This document shows positions 24,527-39,021 of a DNA stretch of 64,000 nt, piece by piece. The position numbers and the translations under genes were made by a program. Origin of the DNA: Octopus bimaculoides (lineage: Eukaryota); assembly GCF_001194135.2 (NCBI RefSeq), contig NC_068996.1, forward strand, positions 55,407,224 to 55,471,223, in the 5' to 3' direction. The notes beneath the pieces were generated by a model. It did no database searches. It was not told where the DNA came from and saw only the letters and a program-made list of their open reading frames with translations. Position 1 is the first letter of the stretch, and each line of letters starts with the position of its first letter.

Positions 24527-26125
24527 CTACAAGGAATTTGGTAAAAATAGAGATTATTCAAGAGAATCCAAACTTTGTCCAATAATTAACTCTTAAATTA
24601 ATAAATTAATTTAGATTTAATTTCATTTAAGCATTACTATACAATTGAACAGAGAAAGAAATTCATGTTTAAACATTGAATATAAAGCTAAACAGTAATA
24701 GATTTTTTCACTTCATTTTACCATTTTATATCCATATTTCTGGGTTGGCTCTGGTGAAATGGCTTTTATTATGAATTTAGACATTTTCAAAGTCACCTTA
24801 CCTCTGTCTCAACTTAAATACTCTCTCACTTAACCAAGGAGGCTTTTTTCTTTTTCCTCACAAGTGCTAGTGCCACACACACACACACACACACAAAAAA
24901 GCCTCCATTATGCACTGTAAAATGGTTGGTTTTAGGAAACGAATCCAGACATCAAAACAATGACAATGCTGATACAGAGCATGATGCAGCCATGTGACTT
25001 GCTGGATCCTGTCAAAGTATCTAACAGTTGCCGGCACAGGAAAATGGATGTTAGATGATCATGATTGATGATGGTTGAAAAAAAAAGCATCAGATGAGTA
25101 AAGTGAGATTACCCCAGGAGAGTGGAGTACTCAACGTTTCCCACAACAATTCTCTCCCTTTTTCCAAATAGTGCTAGTCTTGGAGATGCAGATTAGATTT
25201 TGGGATTGATCTGGTACCGGACAAGGATTCTGGATTATTTTTCCCTGTTATTTTACTTAATTTTTGAGAGTGGTCGGGTTCATTTTTAGTATACTCGTTA
25301 GTGAGAGCAGTCGAGTTTATTTCAGATATTCTCATTTTAAAAATCATCTCTAGCTAAAAGAGAGGATATTGGTGCTGCCATGGCAGAGGTTTGCGCTCTC
25401 TGAGTGCTCTTGTTATTGTTATTTAACTCTAGGTCAGCCTTGGTTCAATGAACCCATGATCAAAGACATTCCAAGTCAACCAATTCCATCTTTTATTCAG
25501 ACATGCTATACCAAGGACTTCCAATTCTTCCAAGATGGTAGGATGTTATTTCAGGGAAAACTGGCTGCTATTTCTGATAAGGGATCCTGGAGAGTTTCCC
25601 ATGTTTACTTATTATGTTTAGTTCATGCTAATCCACCCTGACCTGGCAGACTTATAATCAAAGACACTCTGGTCATGACCAACCCAGAGTAAGATTTAAT
25701 ATGTTCTTTCTTCTTTAAGATTGCAATATCGGATTTGGTGAAATTTGACTATATTTAACAAGCTGGGAAGTTTGATAAAGGCTTGTTTATTGACTTATGA
25801 TGATAATGATGGTGGTGATGATGATGATGATGAGAGAAGTGATAATGATGGGAATAACAATGGCTATTGTCTGTGACAACAGGAATGATGAAGATGGTAG
25901 CAATAGCAACAATAATAACAATAATGATCATGATGATGATTATGCAGTAAATATCTAATTAATTAGTTAATTAGATATCAACATTGTCATGACCTCTGAC
26001 ATTAAGAAAAAAGAAAAGGAAGAAAAATTGTAAATCAAACATTTTTAATTGGGTCACCATGTGACCTCTAAGATCCCATTTTGAAGTACTCCCCATCTTC
26101 AAAGCTATGTGTATGTATGTATATT

Positions 26126-26195
<70 letters not shown>

Positions 26196-27814
26196 CATGC
26201 AAGTATGTATGTGCATGAATATATATATATAATGTATATATTGTAGATTGATTACGTGCCTGCTAACCGCATGTCTAAATAATATTCTTGAAAGTGGCCA
26301 TGACTTTCAAGGCAACAATGATGTCCATTGTGTTTAATTTTATTATGACTCTTTGACAATTCTGAAATAGATAACAATAATTTACACACACACACACACA
26401 CACGCAAACACTCTCACACACTGAATATGAAACACAACAATCTCACTTGTGTACATTATCCATCCAAACCACCAGTTTATAAAACTTTAAAATCCTATGG
26501 ACACTGCACTTCCTGTCTCTTTTGAAGTATAATAAAAAGTGTTCTCCCTTTGAAAATCAATGGTTGACTTTGATTCCATAGAGCAGAGTAGATGTTGCTG
26601 TTGACAGAATATCTGTTTATTACAAGTAACATTTCCAACTGAAATGGTGGTACCTACATTTTTGACAGCTAGGTAAAGTGAAGTAATATAGAAAATGGTG
26701 TTGCATATGGGGACCTAATTATCATCTCAAGAGTAATTAAAAAAAACAAATCATTATCACTTCATTCAGCTATTATGATCTGTTCACAATTATTTATTCA
26801 TTAGCAATGGTTTAAGTAGTAATTGATTTTGAGCCAAGGTTTTATGACTGGATGCTTTTCCTGTCAGGTAAAGAATTTTTATATCCCACAAGTCTCTGAA
26901 GCTGCAGAGTGACCAGTCATAATATCAACATGTCCAGAATATTTGCTGTAAAAAATTTCACCATAAGACAAATCCTTTATATGGACAATGATAAAGTGTT
27001 GTTATATCTACATTTTAAATAAAATCATAAAATGTTTTGTAAAAGAATTAAATAGGCAAGTTTTTATTTGACATCAAACATTAAAAATTAACATGAGGCA
27101 ATTTAAAATGAAACTTCTTATGGCTAAAATGTTTATGGTGAAATTTCCTACAAGTAATGGCAAAATCAACGGCACTTTATTATAAGCAGTGACAAACATT
27201 CATGCTTATTTACACACACACACACAAACATAATACGGTTTTTGTTTCTCAATTTCACAAGGCATTGGTCAGCTCGGTACAATTATAGAAAGTGCTGCAT
27301 TGCCAGTCTGAATCTGAATCCATACGGCTGAAAAGTAAATTCCTCAGCCATACTCAGTCATGATATAATAAATTACATTTTAATCATATTCTTGCAACAT
27401 GGCCATGGTATTTCAGGAAAGTGGCTCCTCACTAAGATACATCAGAGAAGTTCCACTCTCTCTCACACACACACATGTGTGTGTGTATGTGTGTTGGACT
27501 CTCTTGTCATAAACAAAAGATAAGTGTTCTTCAATTTCTTGCTCAACGACCTGCAGAAATGATTTGTTTAGAGTTATTAAATGTTAATGTTGTACATTAG
27601 CTCATTCCTGTCATCAAATCAATGTCACTTGAATAGGTGTGTGGCCTACTTCATGTCAGGTATTGAAGTGATTGCAGAGCAATGTAAAATGGAAGTGGTT
27701 TGCTCAAGAATACAATGTACCACCTAGTTTAGGAATTGAAACCATGAGCTCATCATCACGAGTGCAAAACCCTAACACTAGAGCAAATGTAAATATGTGT
27801 GTGTATGTGTACAG

Positions 27815-27998
27815 AGGTGCAGGTGTGGCTGTCTAGTAAGAAGATTGCTTCCCAACCACATGGTTCTGGGTTCAGTCCCACTGCATTGCATCTTGGGCAA
27901 ATGTCTTCTACTATACCCTTAGGGCGACCAAAGCCTTGTGAGGGGATTTGGTAGACGGAAATTGAAAGAAGCCTGTTGTATGTGTGTGTGTGTGTGTG

Positions 27999-28029
<31 letters not shown>

Positions 28030-28260
28030 GTGCATCCATATATATTTATATGTGTGTCTTGGCGTCTGTGTTTGTCTGCACCACCATCACTTGACAACCG
28101 ATGTTGGTGTGTTTATGTTCCTGAAATTTAGCAGCTCGGCAAAAGAGACTGATAGAATAAGTCGTAGGTTTACAAAGAATAAGACCAGGAATCGATTTCT
28201 GTCACTAAAGACGGTGCTCCAGCATGGCCACAGTTAAATGACTGAAACATGTAAAAACAA
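27815..28260 (+). mobile_element. SINE family A full copy
   Basis: Head, (TG)/(TA) microsatellite and 3' module as in 5997-6410. Confidence 0.8.
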
Positions 28261-29299
28261 AAAAAAAATGCATATACTTAATGTATATGCTTTGTGTATT
28301 TTCTGGTGGCTGTTATGATGTAGTGGAGTATATAACTCTCATGTTGCCGATGTTAAAACAACTTAGAGTCAGAGACAGGCAAAATAACTTGCCTTCAATC
28401 CCATCTGGGAGTGATGGACATTGATGTTTCACCATTTTTGTGGTTTTTCAACATCACATACCTGCCTGGGTACATATACATAAATATCAAACAATAAGGA
28501 GTGCTCAGCACTGCTTTGGTATATATAGATTCTTTATATGTGTGTTAAGGCTACCATTGGTTTCATGCTAAGGAATACCTCAATAATTATCAAGCCTATC
28601 ACAGGGAAACATTGGTGTTCATCTCCATTTTGGATTAAAGCATAAAAGTCACAGTAAGTTATAATAATATCAACACAAAAATTTTGATAAGGAAAAGCAC
28701 AAAATATCAAAGGGTAACAACCCTTGGATGATTATCTCCCTTGGATTCAACTTTTTGGAAAATTGGAACTCTTGCAAATTTTTATATTCATACCTGCATT
28801 AATATTTAAGCCACACAAAATTTGTGCGCTTAAAAGTTTATATTTATATATATGTGCATCTGGTAGCCAAATGTTTATCACATGTTATGGTATCAAAATT
28901 TTGCAGTTTTTGTAATTTCATGAATTATTAGTTTGTGTTTTTTTTAAATGTAATATTCATGGATTAGTATACATATTTTTTTGTTTGAGTCTATGTATTA
29001 TGTGATTTTTGTGCATCCACATGTACATGCACACAAACATGTAGCTGAATACATATGCATATATATATATATATGCATACAGAGGTATGCGTATACACAC
29101 TTTAAATGTGTACATTTTGGATGTATACACGATTGTGAAGTTTCACGTATTCAAAGCATATTTTTTGTGCATAATTTCTGGAATTTTACATATCTTGCAC
29201 ATATATTTTTTACATGTTCATTACATACTGTTACACACATTTCAAAGTTGAATTTGTAAGGCTTTGGAGTTGTTGAATGATATGTTTGTTTATATTATG

Positions 29300-30310
29300 T
29301 AATGTCCTGGGTATGCACAATGCGCATATATCTGTGCTTGAGGGAGTTCCTCGTGAGGGCACGAGTCTTCTACGTATAAAGTTTTATGATGCATATGCTT
29401 AATGTTCATGCTCAGAGAAAAAAAAAAAAGCCTATCCTAGTTGGAGCAGCAGAGTGGATAGTGGGTGCTCTTTTAAATATCAGAGTGTAAAATATTGCGT
29501 ATGCATGCAGAAAGAGGTTTTATCACTGATATTTAAGATATTAGCATTTGAATGGATAATGTTTAGCTTTTTAGTAAGACAAAGATCATATTTGGTGTGC
29601 TGATCCCTGTATTTTTGGGCTTTAGCAATAATGCTCCAGATTATCGGGGGTGGGGTGTTGCTTACTTCAACATCTTTCAGTGTCCATATCATGTTGGATA
29701 GGGATGTTACATATCTTTTATTTTTGACTCTGAATGATGCCAGGTACTGCATATATCTTTTCTTAAGTTACCTACCATTTCAATCACGTCTTTATTACTT
29801 TGTTGGAGTCTGTGATTTTAGCCTTGTGTACAAGTTTTTTTTTTCTAGACAGCTATTATTCAAAGGACAGTGGTTCAAAGATCTACAATTACAATACCTT
29901 TCAGGGGTATCCCTGGTGGTTTATTCTTATTGTGATTATTATTGACCCTACATTGGGTAGGCAACAATAGCTAACTTTAACAGTATTTCTATTGAAGGTT
30001 TTATAGTATTTGTGTGAGTGTGGGAAGTGATTATTTATTAGTTTATAAACTTTACTGGCTGTTAGTGGTTACATTCATGCCATAAGGAGGATTGAGCCAT
30101 AAGATTTTTTTGTCTTCCTAGTCAACTTACATTTGGTTCAATATAGTTTATACTACTCTTAAAATTGAACCTTTCTAATGCAACATTATATTTGGATTTA
30201 TTGGAGGATAGGTTGGAGATGCACCTGCTAATGTTTTTAACTAATTGTTTAATGACTAACAGTGGGTTGTCGAAGCCTAACTATGTATAAGGTTTCTTCA
30301 TTTGGCTTGT
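29300..30310 (-). mobile_element. PLE 3' fragment, Naiad-like GIY-YIG type, decayed
   Basis: FPHSHKYYKTFNRNTVKVSYCCLPNV, CNCRSLNHCPLNNSCLEK, and ORF 29480..29752 (YLASFRVKNKRYVTSLSNMIWTLKD..IIWSIIAKA..YDLCLTKKLNII). Confidence 0.82.
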
Positions 30311-30656
30311 GGAAAGGTTTAAATTTACCTGTAATAAAGTCAAATTTAGGGGAGATAATCATACAAGAGTTGTTTACCTTGATGTTTTTCTTTTCTTACT
30401 GAAATTCTCACATGATTTTTATTGTGACTTTCTGTGACTTTTTGTAATTTAATCCAAAATAGAAATGAACACTGATGTTTCCATGTGACAGGTTCAATAG
30501 TTTCCTGAACATGAAACCAGTAGTAGCCTTTATACACACACACACACACACATATGAATTCCAGATAAGAAATTTTCAGCAAATGGAAGCATATGAACAA
30601 GTTTCTTTTGGTGAATTGGAGAAGACCATTGAGCAAATGTATCACACTTTTTACTT

Positions 30657-30713
<57 letters not shown>

Positions 30714-31272
30714 TATCTATCTATATATGTATGTAAACACACACACACACACATATATATATACACACATTAGTATGTGAATATTAGGGGTATAATCCAA
30801 GCTGTGTCCACATAAAACACATCTACATGTTCATGTTAATCCAGTGTATGATGTATATAGATGTTTTATTTCAAATGTGATTTACAGAGCAACTGGAATT
30901 TTCGGTGAATTCATTTTGCAGATTAATTACATACGAAAACAGAAGACTGGAAGTGTTTGGTATATTTTCAATTTCATGTTACATGTATTTCACTTAAGGA
31001 TAGGTGTCACAAACATAAACATGTAGTAAAAAAAAACATGTACTGGATCTCCTATCCATAATTCTTGAGACAACGAATAAAAAAATAATACCTTTGTAGC
31101 TCATTTCTTGTAATGAAACATGTATAACATGGAATTAAAAATATACCAAATGTTTCCAGTCTTTTATTTTGATATATTTCTGTGATACATAACTGAATTT
31201 AACCTCCTCCTCCTCATCATCACCGTTTAATGTCCGCTTTCCATGCTGGCAATCATTTATATTTGTTTTGTC

Positions 31273-31310
<38 letters not shown>

Positions 31311-31429
31311 GAAAAAATGTGAAATTGGCACTGTTGATAAGGACTTTGAAGAGAATTGGCAGGGTCATAGGGTGGGATGTTAGAATTTACTATATATATA
31401 TATATATAAATATTTATGTATATTGTATT

Positions 31430-31800
31430 GGAGTTCTATTGTTGTGTTGGTCTTAAGAATGTTTGTTGGAGAGCTCAGATGGAGAATGCTATAAGTAGAA
31501 GAGGTGGGGTGAAGAGTAGTGTAGAAGTAGGGGTTAGGTGAGGAATCGAGAGACTATGAACAAGAAACAGCTTTAAGTAGTTTTAAGTAGGTGTGGATAA
31601 GGAGGAGCAAGTAGGCAAGCAGGCAGAAATTTTAGGAAAATAGTCTGTTACAGTAGTAATACTGTGAAGACTTTGGTGAGATCAAATGTGCCCTGAAGAA
31701 ATTGTGGAACCTTCATAAATAGTTAGTGAAAAGCTGACAGTATCAGGGGTGTACTGATTTGGTACGTTTAGAGAATAATCTTCAATATCTTGTTAATCTT
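31430..31800 (-). mobile_element. Very decayed CR1/L2-group LINE 3' fragment
   Basis: Weak translation remnants (HY(C)N.LFS..LL..L..) resembling the NSFF..T..LWN.LP C-terminus, with a pyrimidine-rich tail on the minus strand. Confidence 0.35.
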
Positions 31801-33021
31801 CAAGATCTTGTTAGGTCATTAGGACACACACTAATGACTTCCTGCTTTTGTCTATTGTATATATCTGGAGCAAGTTGACTAGGTCTGGTCTGTCTGTCTC
31901 CCACAAGATATTTATCAAGATCATACATAGGTATGTACAATAGAAGACATTTTTAAGTAGAGTACATATCAGTGAAGTAGAGACTATGCCTCTCTATGAT
32001 ATAATGTCTTAGAAATACTACAGATGACTTTTTTATGTAGTGTATATTTAAAATATCATTACTGGTTCATTTATATATAAATATATGTATAAAAGATAAA
32101 GACCCCTTTCAGACAATGTTACACTGTATTACAGAGTATTTCTACAGATTTTAGCCAACACTCTATGTAATAGACAGATGTAAAAACCCTGTCTTTATTG
32201 CAACATCTGTGTGGACAAAAGAGGGATCGGCATGACTAGCTTCATAAATAATTACCTCATCTTGTCAGATGATAGCTATCTCACATTCAAGTGAGACATC
32301 TGTATGTCATTGAATTTAAGTGACAAAAACTTGACCAATGCTTTAACCATTCTCTCGGTTACCATATTAGGTTCCAGTGACAAGCATTGCAAGGTGACTG
32401 CTATTATTTTGAATGTAAGTTTTATGTCAGAGTCTCTTTCTCTTGACTTTGTTAGAAATAACAGGAACCTCCTCTATGCTTGGGAAATCTATTAAAACCA
32501 TAGATAGGACTAGGGGCAGATACCACTATTCTGGCTCAGAGAAAGAGTAGAGCGCATGAAAGAAATTGAAAATGGCATTATTTACAGTTGGACCCCTTTC
32601 CTGTCATTAACATATATGTATGCATCTGTGTGTATGTGTGTGTGCATGCAAATGTGTGAGTATGCATGCACACACATAAGCTGTGGTTGCTCAACTATAT
32701 AGTAATAGCAGCCAAATCTCACTCACAACACTTCTCCATCTTAGAGAAAATAAGTTTGGATGTTATGGGTTTAGAGACAAACATAAGGAAACATAAAAAT
32801 ATATTGAATGTCCATGGTTTCAGTGTCTTTAATCAAAGACATTCATGATCAGGTATAAATGGAGTCAGGCAGTGCATGGTTGGCATAAAATTGCAGAGAT
32901 GATGGTAGTTTAAGAACTTTGCTACACAACTGCATGGCACCTTAGACAAGTACCTCACCAAAGCTTCAGGACCAACCAAAGCCTGATAAAGCAATTTAGT
33001 AGACAGAAAGTGAAAGAAGTC

Positions 33022-33233
33022 GGCGAGCTGGCAGAAACGTTAGCATGCCAGGCGAAATGCTTAGCGGTATTTCATCTGTCTTTACGTTCTGAGTTCAAAT
33101 TCCGCAGAGGTCGACTCTGACTTTCATCTTTTCGGGATCGATTAAATAAGTACCAGTTACGCACTGGGGTCGATATAATCAACAATCTGTTTGTCCCCTC
33201 TGAGTTTAGCCCCTTCTGGCAATAAAGAAATAA
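33022..33233 (+). mobile_element. SINE family C, full-length with a 16-bp target-site duplication, nested in a family A head
   Basis: GAAAGTGAAAGAAGTC occurs at 33006-33021 and 33234-33249. A-box-like TGGCAGAAACG, B-box GAGTTCAAATTCC, and the Nin/Deu-like core are present. Confidence 0.88.
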
Positions 33234-33279
33234 GAAAGTGAAAGAAGTCTGTTAATATATGTATATAGAACCATATATA

Positions 33280-33662
33280 AAAGAAACGTGATGGCACGTA
33301 AATAGCACCATTTGAGCGTAATCATTACCAGCGTCGCCTTCCTGGCACCTGTGCCGGTAGCACGTGAAAAGACATTTGAGCGAGGTCGTTGCCAGTACCA
33401 CTGGACTGGCTCCTGTGCAGGTAACATGTAAAAAATACCATGTGAGCGTGACCATTGCCAGTACCACCTGACTGGCCTTCGTGTCGGTGGCACGTAAAAA
33501 GCACCTACTACACTGTTGGACTGGTTGGTGTTAGGAAGGGCATCCAGCTGTAGAAACATTGCCAGATCAAATTGGAGCCTGGTGCAGCCTTCTGGTTCGC
33601 CAGTCCTCAGTCAAATCGTCCAACCCATGCCAGCATGAAAAGCAGACGTTAAACGATGATGA
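33280..33662 (+). mobile_element. SINE family B
   Basis: Internal modules followed by TTAGGAAGGGCATCCAGCTGTAGAAAC..CCAACCCATGCCAGCATG..(GAT)n. Confidence 0.85.
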
Positions 33663-33679
33663 TATATATATATATATAT

Positions 33680-34110
33680 CCCATGGTCATTCATGAATGA
33701 AGGAGGCCTTTACCCTATGTAAATATAATGGCATGGAGAAGGGACACTGGTATGCATGGGTGACTGTTGGTCTTCTATAAAAACAATCTTGCCTGGACTT
33801 GTGCCTTGGAGGGGAAATTTCTAGGTGCAATCCCGTGGTCATTCATGACTGAAGGGGGTCTTTATCTTTTATACATATATATATATATATATATATATAN
33901 NNNNNNNNNNNNNNNNNNNNNNNNNNNNNNNNNNNNNATATATGTATAAAAGATAAAGACCCCCTAGAAAGTTCCCCTCCAAGGTACAAGTCCAGGCAAG
34001 ATTGTTATTAAAGAAGACCAACAGTCACCCATGCATACCAGTGTCCCTTCTCCATGCCATTATATTTACATAGGGTAAAGACCCCCTTCATTCATGAATG
34101 ACCATGGGAT
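33680..34110. repeat. Local inverted duplication of ~190 bp around (TA)n and an N gap
   Basis: 33680-33875 is the reverse complement of 33938-34110, apart from a ~30-nt deletion and a few substitutions. Confidence 0.85.
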
Positions 34111-34374
34111 ACCAGTGCCCCCTCACCACTCCACCAATGTTAGCCAAGGAAAAGGCAAAGACTGATACAATTTGGCACAAGTGATGTCGCAACTCATTTC
34201 TATAACTGAGTGAACTGGAGCAACATAAAATAAAGTGTCTTGTTCAAGAACACAAGATGCAGCCTGGTCCAGGAATCAAACTCACTATCTCATGATTGTG
34301 AGCTTGATGTTCTAACCACTGAGCAATGTACCATGTCTATTCAGGTACTACACACTCATAATATATATATATCA

Positions 34375-35535
34375 TCATCATCGTTTAACATCCACTTTCC
34401 ATACTGGCATAGGTTGGACGGTTTGACTGACGACTGGCGAACCAGATGACTGCACCAGGCTCCAATCTGATCTGGCAAAGTTTCTACAGCTGGATGCCCT
34501 TCCTAATGCCAACCACTCCGAGAGTGTAGTGGGTGCTTTTACGAGGTCCAGTCAGGTGGTTCTGGCAACGACCACGCTCAAAATGGTGTTTTTTACATGC
34601 CACTTGCAAAGGAACCAGTCCGGTGGCACTAGCAACGATCATGCTCGATTGTTGTTTTTCACGTGCCACTGGCACGTGTGCTGGTAAGGTGACGCTGGCA
34701 ATGATCACGCTCGAATGGTGCTCTTCATGTGTCACCAGTATGGGAGCCAATCTGTGGCTCTGGTAACGATCATGCTCGGATGTGCTTTTAACATTCCATT
34801 GGCATAAGTGCCAATCAGGTAGTATTGTCATCGGCCACGTCAGTGATTTTGATTTGTTTACACTTGCTTCAATAGGTCTTTGCAAGAAAAGTTCATTGAC
34901 CAATGAATGAGGGGTATCCATAAATGGGCTGGTTACACCCCACGTTTGGATGTGCTTTTAACGTTCCACTGGCATGAGTGCCAATTGGGCAGTACTGTCA
35001 TTGGCCACATCAGCGATATATATATATATACTCTGGTTGTGAAGACCTGTTGGGACAAGTGAAATCGTAATTGAACCATATTCGATGACTGGTCACTGCG
35101 CCAGTGGAGCACTAACAGCACTGTCCGAGCGTGTTCATTGCCAGAGCAGCTGTCTGGCTTCCGAGCCAGTGACCCGTAAATCGCACCATTTGAGCGTAAT
35201 CATTACCAGCATTGCCTCCCTGGCACTTGTGCCGGTGGCACGTTAGAAAATCATTCGAGCGAGGTTGTTGCCAGTGCCACTGGCAGCTGGCATGTAAAAA
35301 ACACCTTTTTGAGCATGGCCGTTGCCAGTACCACCTGACTGGCTCCCCGTGCCGGTGGCACGTAAAAGTACCCACTACACTCTCGGAGTGGTTGGCGTTA
35401 GGAAGGGCATCAAGCTGTAGAAACTTTGCCAGATCAAATTGGAGCCTGGTGCAGCCTTCTGGTTCACCAGTCCTCAGTCAAATCATCCAACCCATGCCAG
35501 CATGGAAAGCGGACGTTAAACGATGATGATGATGA
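34375..35535. mobile_element. Head-to-head pair of SINE family B copies (minus ~34375-35017, plus ~35040-35535)
   Basis: (ATC)n tails at both outer ends and conserved family B modules in opposite orientations. A ~70-bp segment is duplicated at ~34779-34850 and ~34947-35017. Confidence 0.8.
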
Positions 35536-36367
35536 TGATATATACATGTATGGATAAGCATATTTGTTGGTGTCCTCTTGTCTTGAAATTATATTAATTG
35601 TAAACAAATATCTGTCATACAAACACTGTGATTCATTTGCAATCTTCTATGAAAACATGTCTGGCCATTGTGCTGTTTATGCTTGAAAGACCAAGAGAAA
35701 CAGTACCTTGCTAAAAAAACAGGTGAGAGTTGGTGACAGGTAGAGCATCTGGGTGGTAGAAAATCTGCCTCAAAGAATTACACCTGATCCAAGGAAAGAT
35801 AGTATATTAAACTACCCAGCACCCCACCAAAAAAACAAAAAAACAAACAAATAAAGATAACTCTCATGGAAGAATAATTGCTAGATAAAAAGAAGGAATA
35901 GAAGTTGAGTTACTGTCCATAAAAATGGTTTGGTTATGAGATAAGAATTAATGACAATGAGAGAACATCTAGGTGGTCATTTGAATTGTTAGAAATAGTA
36001 GCCAATCTCCCCTAAATTACACCTTACTATCTTTAAAAAAAGTAGGATATATTAAACCATTGTTTTCAACTGTTGAGGCACAATGCTATGATGTACTCCA
36101 AGGAAGATGAACTACATTACTAATACTTGTATGTGTAATTTACGATTTCAGAAAAATCTATACTAATCTTTGAGCTTCTTGGAAAAAAAAAATGTTCATA
36201 ATTTTGTTTTACACTTGGCTGAGAGGTTAAGTAGTTTAATTCACAACCATGTGATTTCAGGTTCAGCCCGACTGCATGGCACCTTGGGCAGGTACCTATA
36301 GCTAGGGGTAACCAAAACCTTGTGAGATGGAAACAAAGAAATCCGTTGTCTGTGTATGTAATGTATC

Positions 36368-36580
36368 AATCATCATCATCAACATTTAACGTCTGTTTTT
36401 CCACACTAGCATGGGTTGGACAGTTTGAAAGGATCTGGCAAAGCCAGGGGTCACACCAGGTTCCATAGCCAGTTTTGGCATGGTTGCTACAGCTGGATGC
36501 TGCCCTTCCTAATGCCAACCACTTTACAGAGTGAACTGGGTGCTTTTTACATGGTACCATCATCAGTGCTTTTTACGTAG
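36368..36580 (-). mobile_element. SINE family B 3' part
   Basis: (ATC)n followed by CTACAGCTGGATGC..CCCTTCCTAATGCCAACCAC. Confidence 0.7.
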
Positions 36581-39021
36581 CATCGGTACCCATAATAATG
36601 CTTCTCACATGACACTTTCGCTTTAGGATTCCAACTCTGTTGTGGTGGGCGAGTCATCTTGAGTACAGCAAAGCACAACATGCCTCACTCCTCTGTCATC
36701 TCTTTTGTAAGACTCAACGTTTTTGAGATTGGCCTTCAACAGGTATGTATATTGTGTAATGTATGTATGAAATGTCATATATGTGTATGTATGTGTGCAT
36801 GGAAGTGTGGGTATGTGTCTTTTTGGTCTGACATCACATGAGAGTTGTAAACAAACAACACCATCATACAAGCGGGGATTTTCATTTCCAAACCACTGTG
36901 AAAACATGTCTGGTCAAGTGGAAATATTACTTTGCTTGGAAACAGAAGAGTGTTGGTGACAGGAAGGGCATTCAGCCATAGTAAATGTGTTCCAACACAT
37001 CTTGTGTTACCCATGCAAACATAGAAAAGTGGATGTTATGATGATGATGATGATGGTTTCTGTAGAAATACACTGTTTTCATTTTGATTCTGAAAATAAT
37101 GAACAATTTTGATAAAATAATTTGTCATTAAATAAACTGAAGGCTGAAACATAAATTAAGATAAAATTTTGATGGAAGAAGGTTTTTAATTTAGATCACT
37201 TTAACCCTTTTGTTACCATATTAATACTGAAATGCACAGGCTTTGTTTCAATTGATTTTGAAATAATGAAGAATTTAGTAAGTTAATTCTGTTCATTATG
37301 AATCTGGTGTTTGGAATATGAATTAACATGATATGTTGATGGAAGGTTTTAATTTAGATAATTTTAAAACAAGAATTTTGAATCATAGAATCAGGGGTGG
37401 TGGTCTCAAGAGGATTGCTATTAAAGTGATTAATAAAAGAAGCAGTGATAGTTTTGCTTAAAAGTTTTTACTTTGGAAGTTTGTTTTAAATTTTCCATAG
37501 ATTTTCAATTTTCAGCTTTCCACGTGAAGAGCACAAGTTTTGTCACAAATGAGAACCAAAACATTGGATGCCACAAAAAAAAAAAAAAAAGGAGCAAGAA
37601 AGAAAGAAAGAGAAAGTGGGTCAGGAGAAATTGACTGTCACAACTAGAACAACTTTAATTATAGGTCTGTTTGGTCAGACTTTGAACCAAACAACAACAA
37701 TATCACTGGAGTTATGAAAAAAAAAAAGATTCGGTTCCAGTTGAGCAGTATTTTTGATGAAGAACTATATTCTAAAAGAATGGAATGCAAAATACGCTGC
37801 CAAACTTTGCTTAGAACACATCAAGGTCACTGCAAGTTGAAGCCTGGATTCAACTGGAATTGCTGCAATGGAAGTCTGTTGGAGTAGCAACAATAATAGT
37901 AGCAACAACATATGACCTTCAGCAACAAAAGCTGATTGCAACTGAAGTGAAAAAACAAAACAACCAAAAACCAAAACCAACCAAAAACAAAACAACTGAT
38001 TGATAATGAAAAGTCACAGGACAATGTACAGAACAAAGATAAAAGTATTGGTAAAAATGGTCATGTGATAGCAATAAGTGAGAGGCATGCTGGGTAATAT
38101 GTAACTGAAATGGTATTGGATATGTGAATGTATTATTGGTGTGATTATATGAGAGCAGAGAAGGTTTTGCATTATAGATGAGAGGATGCAGATGTGTCTA
38201 ACCCATAAAGATATAAAAATGGACGTTTAAACATCCACAACGGTGGTGGTGGTGGTAGGGGGTGAGTTATAACAGAGCTGGGGTAGTAGTGTAAATATGG
38301 TAATAATTTAAGTGGTGATGTGTTGTTGTGGTGGTGCTGATGACGATGATGGTCATAGTGAAGTGGTAGTGGTGGTGGTGGGGATGCAGATGATAATGAT
38401 GATTAAACTCTTTTAGATTAGATGTAATTAGCTCATCTCATTCCTGACCCTAGCCCTATAAATGATAACCAATTACTTCAGCAGACCATATTTGTTCAAC
38501 AGCTTGTCTGCTTTCGTTCTCATCACACAAGAAAGCCAAACCTGAGCCAAACAAATCTCTACACGGTCACTCCACATGTTAGAAATAGCAGCCAAACCTC
38601 ACACAAAATCATACCTTACTGTCTTAATAAAAAGGAAGGCTACATATGTTATTTTGAAAATGGTGAATAGTATTTGTTTCATAAAATAAATGCTTATTGT
38701 ATTTTATTAAAAGATGCTTTATCTCACAAAATATTGGAATTTTTTCAAAGACTAGGCTTTCTGAAGAACTCTCTCTCTTTCACACACACACACACATATA
38801 CACACACAAAATGGATGATCACTGCTGAAGTATCTTTCATTATAAATCTGCTTGATCACGGCTGACCTAGGGCTAAACAACGATAATACCGTTACCATAG
38901 ACACCATCAAAAAGAACATATTTGGTTATATTCCTAGATACACTATGTCTGTAAAAAATAAAATAGATGTAGAGAGCCATGGCTGGAACATGCTATGATC
39001 AAAACAATATTGAACAAGAGG

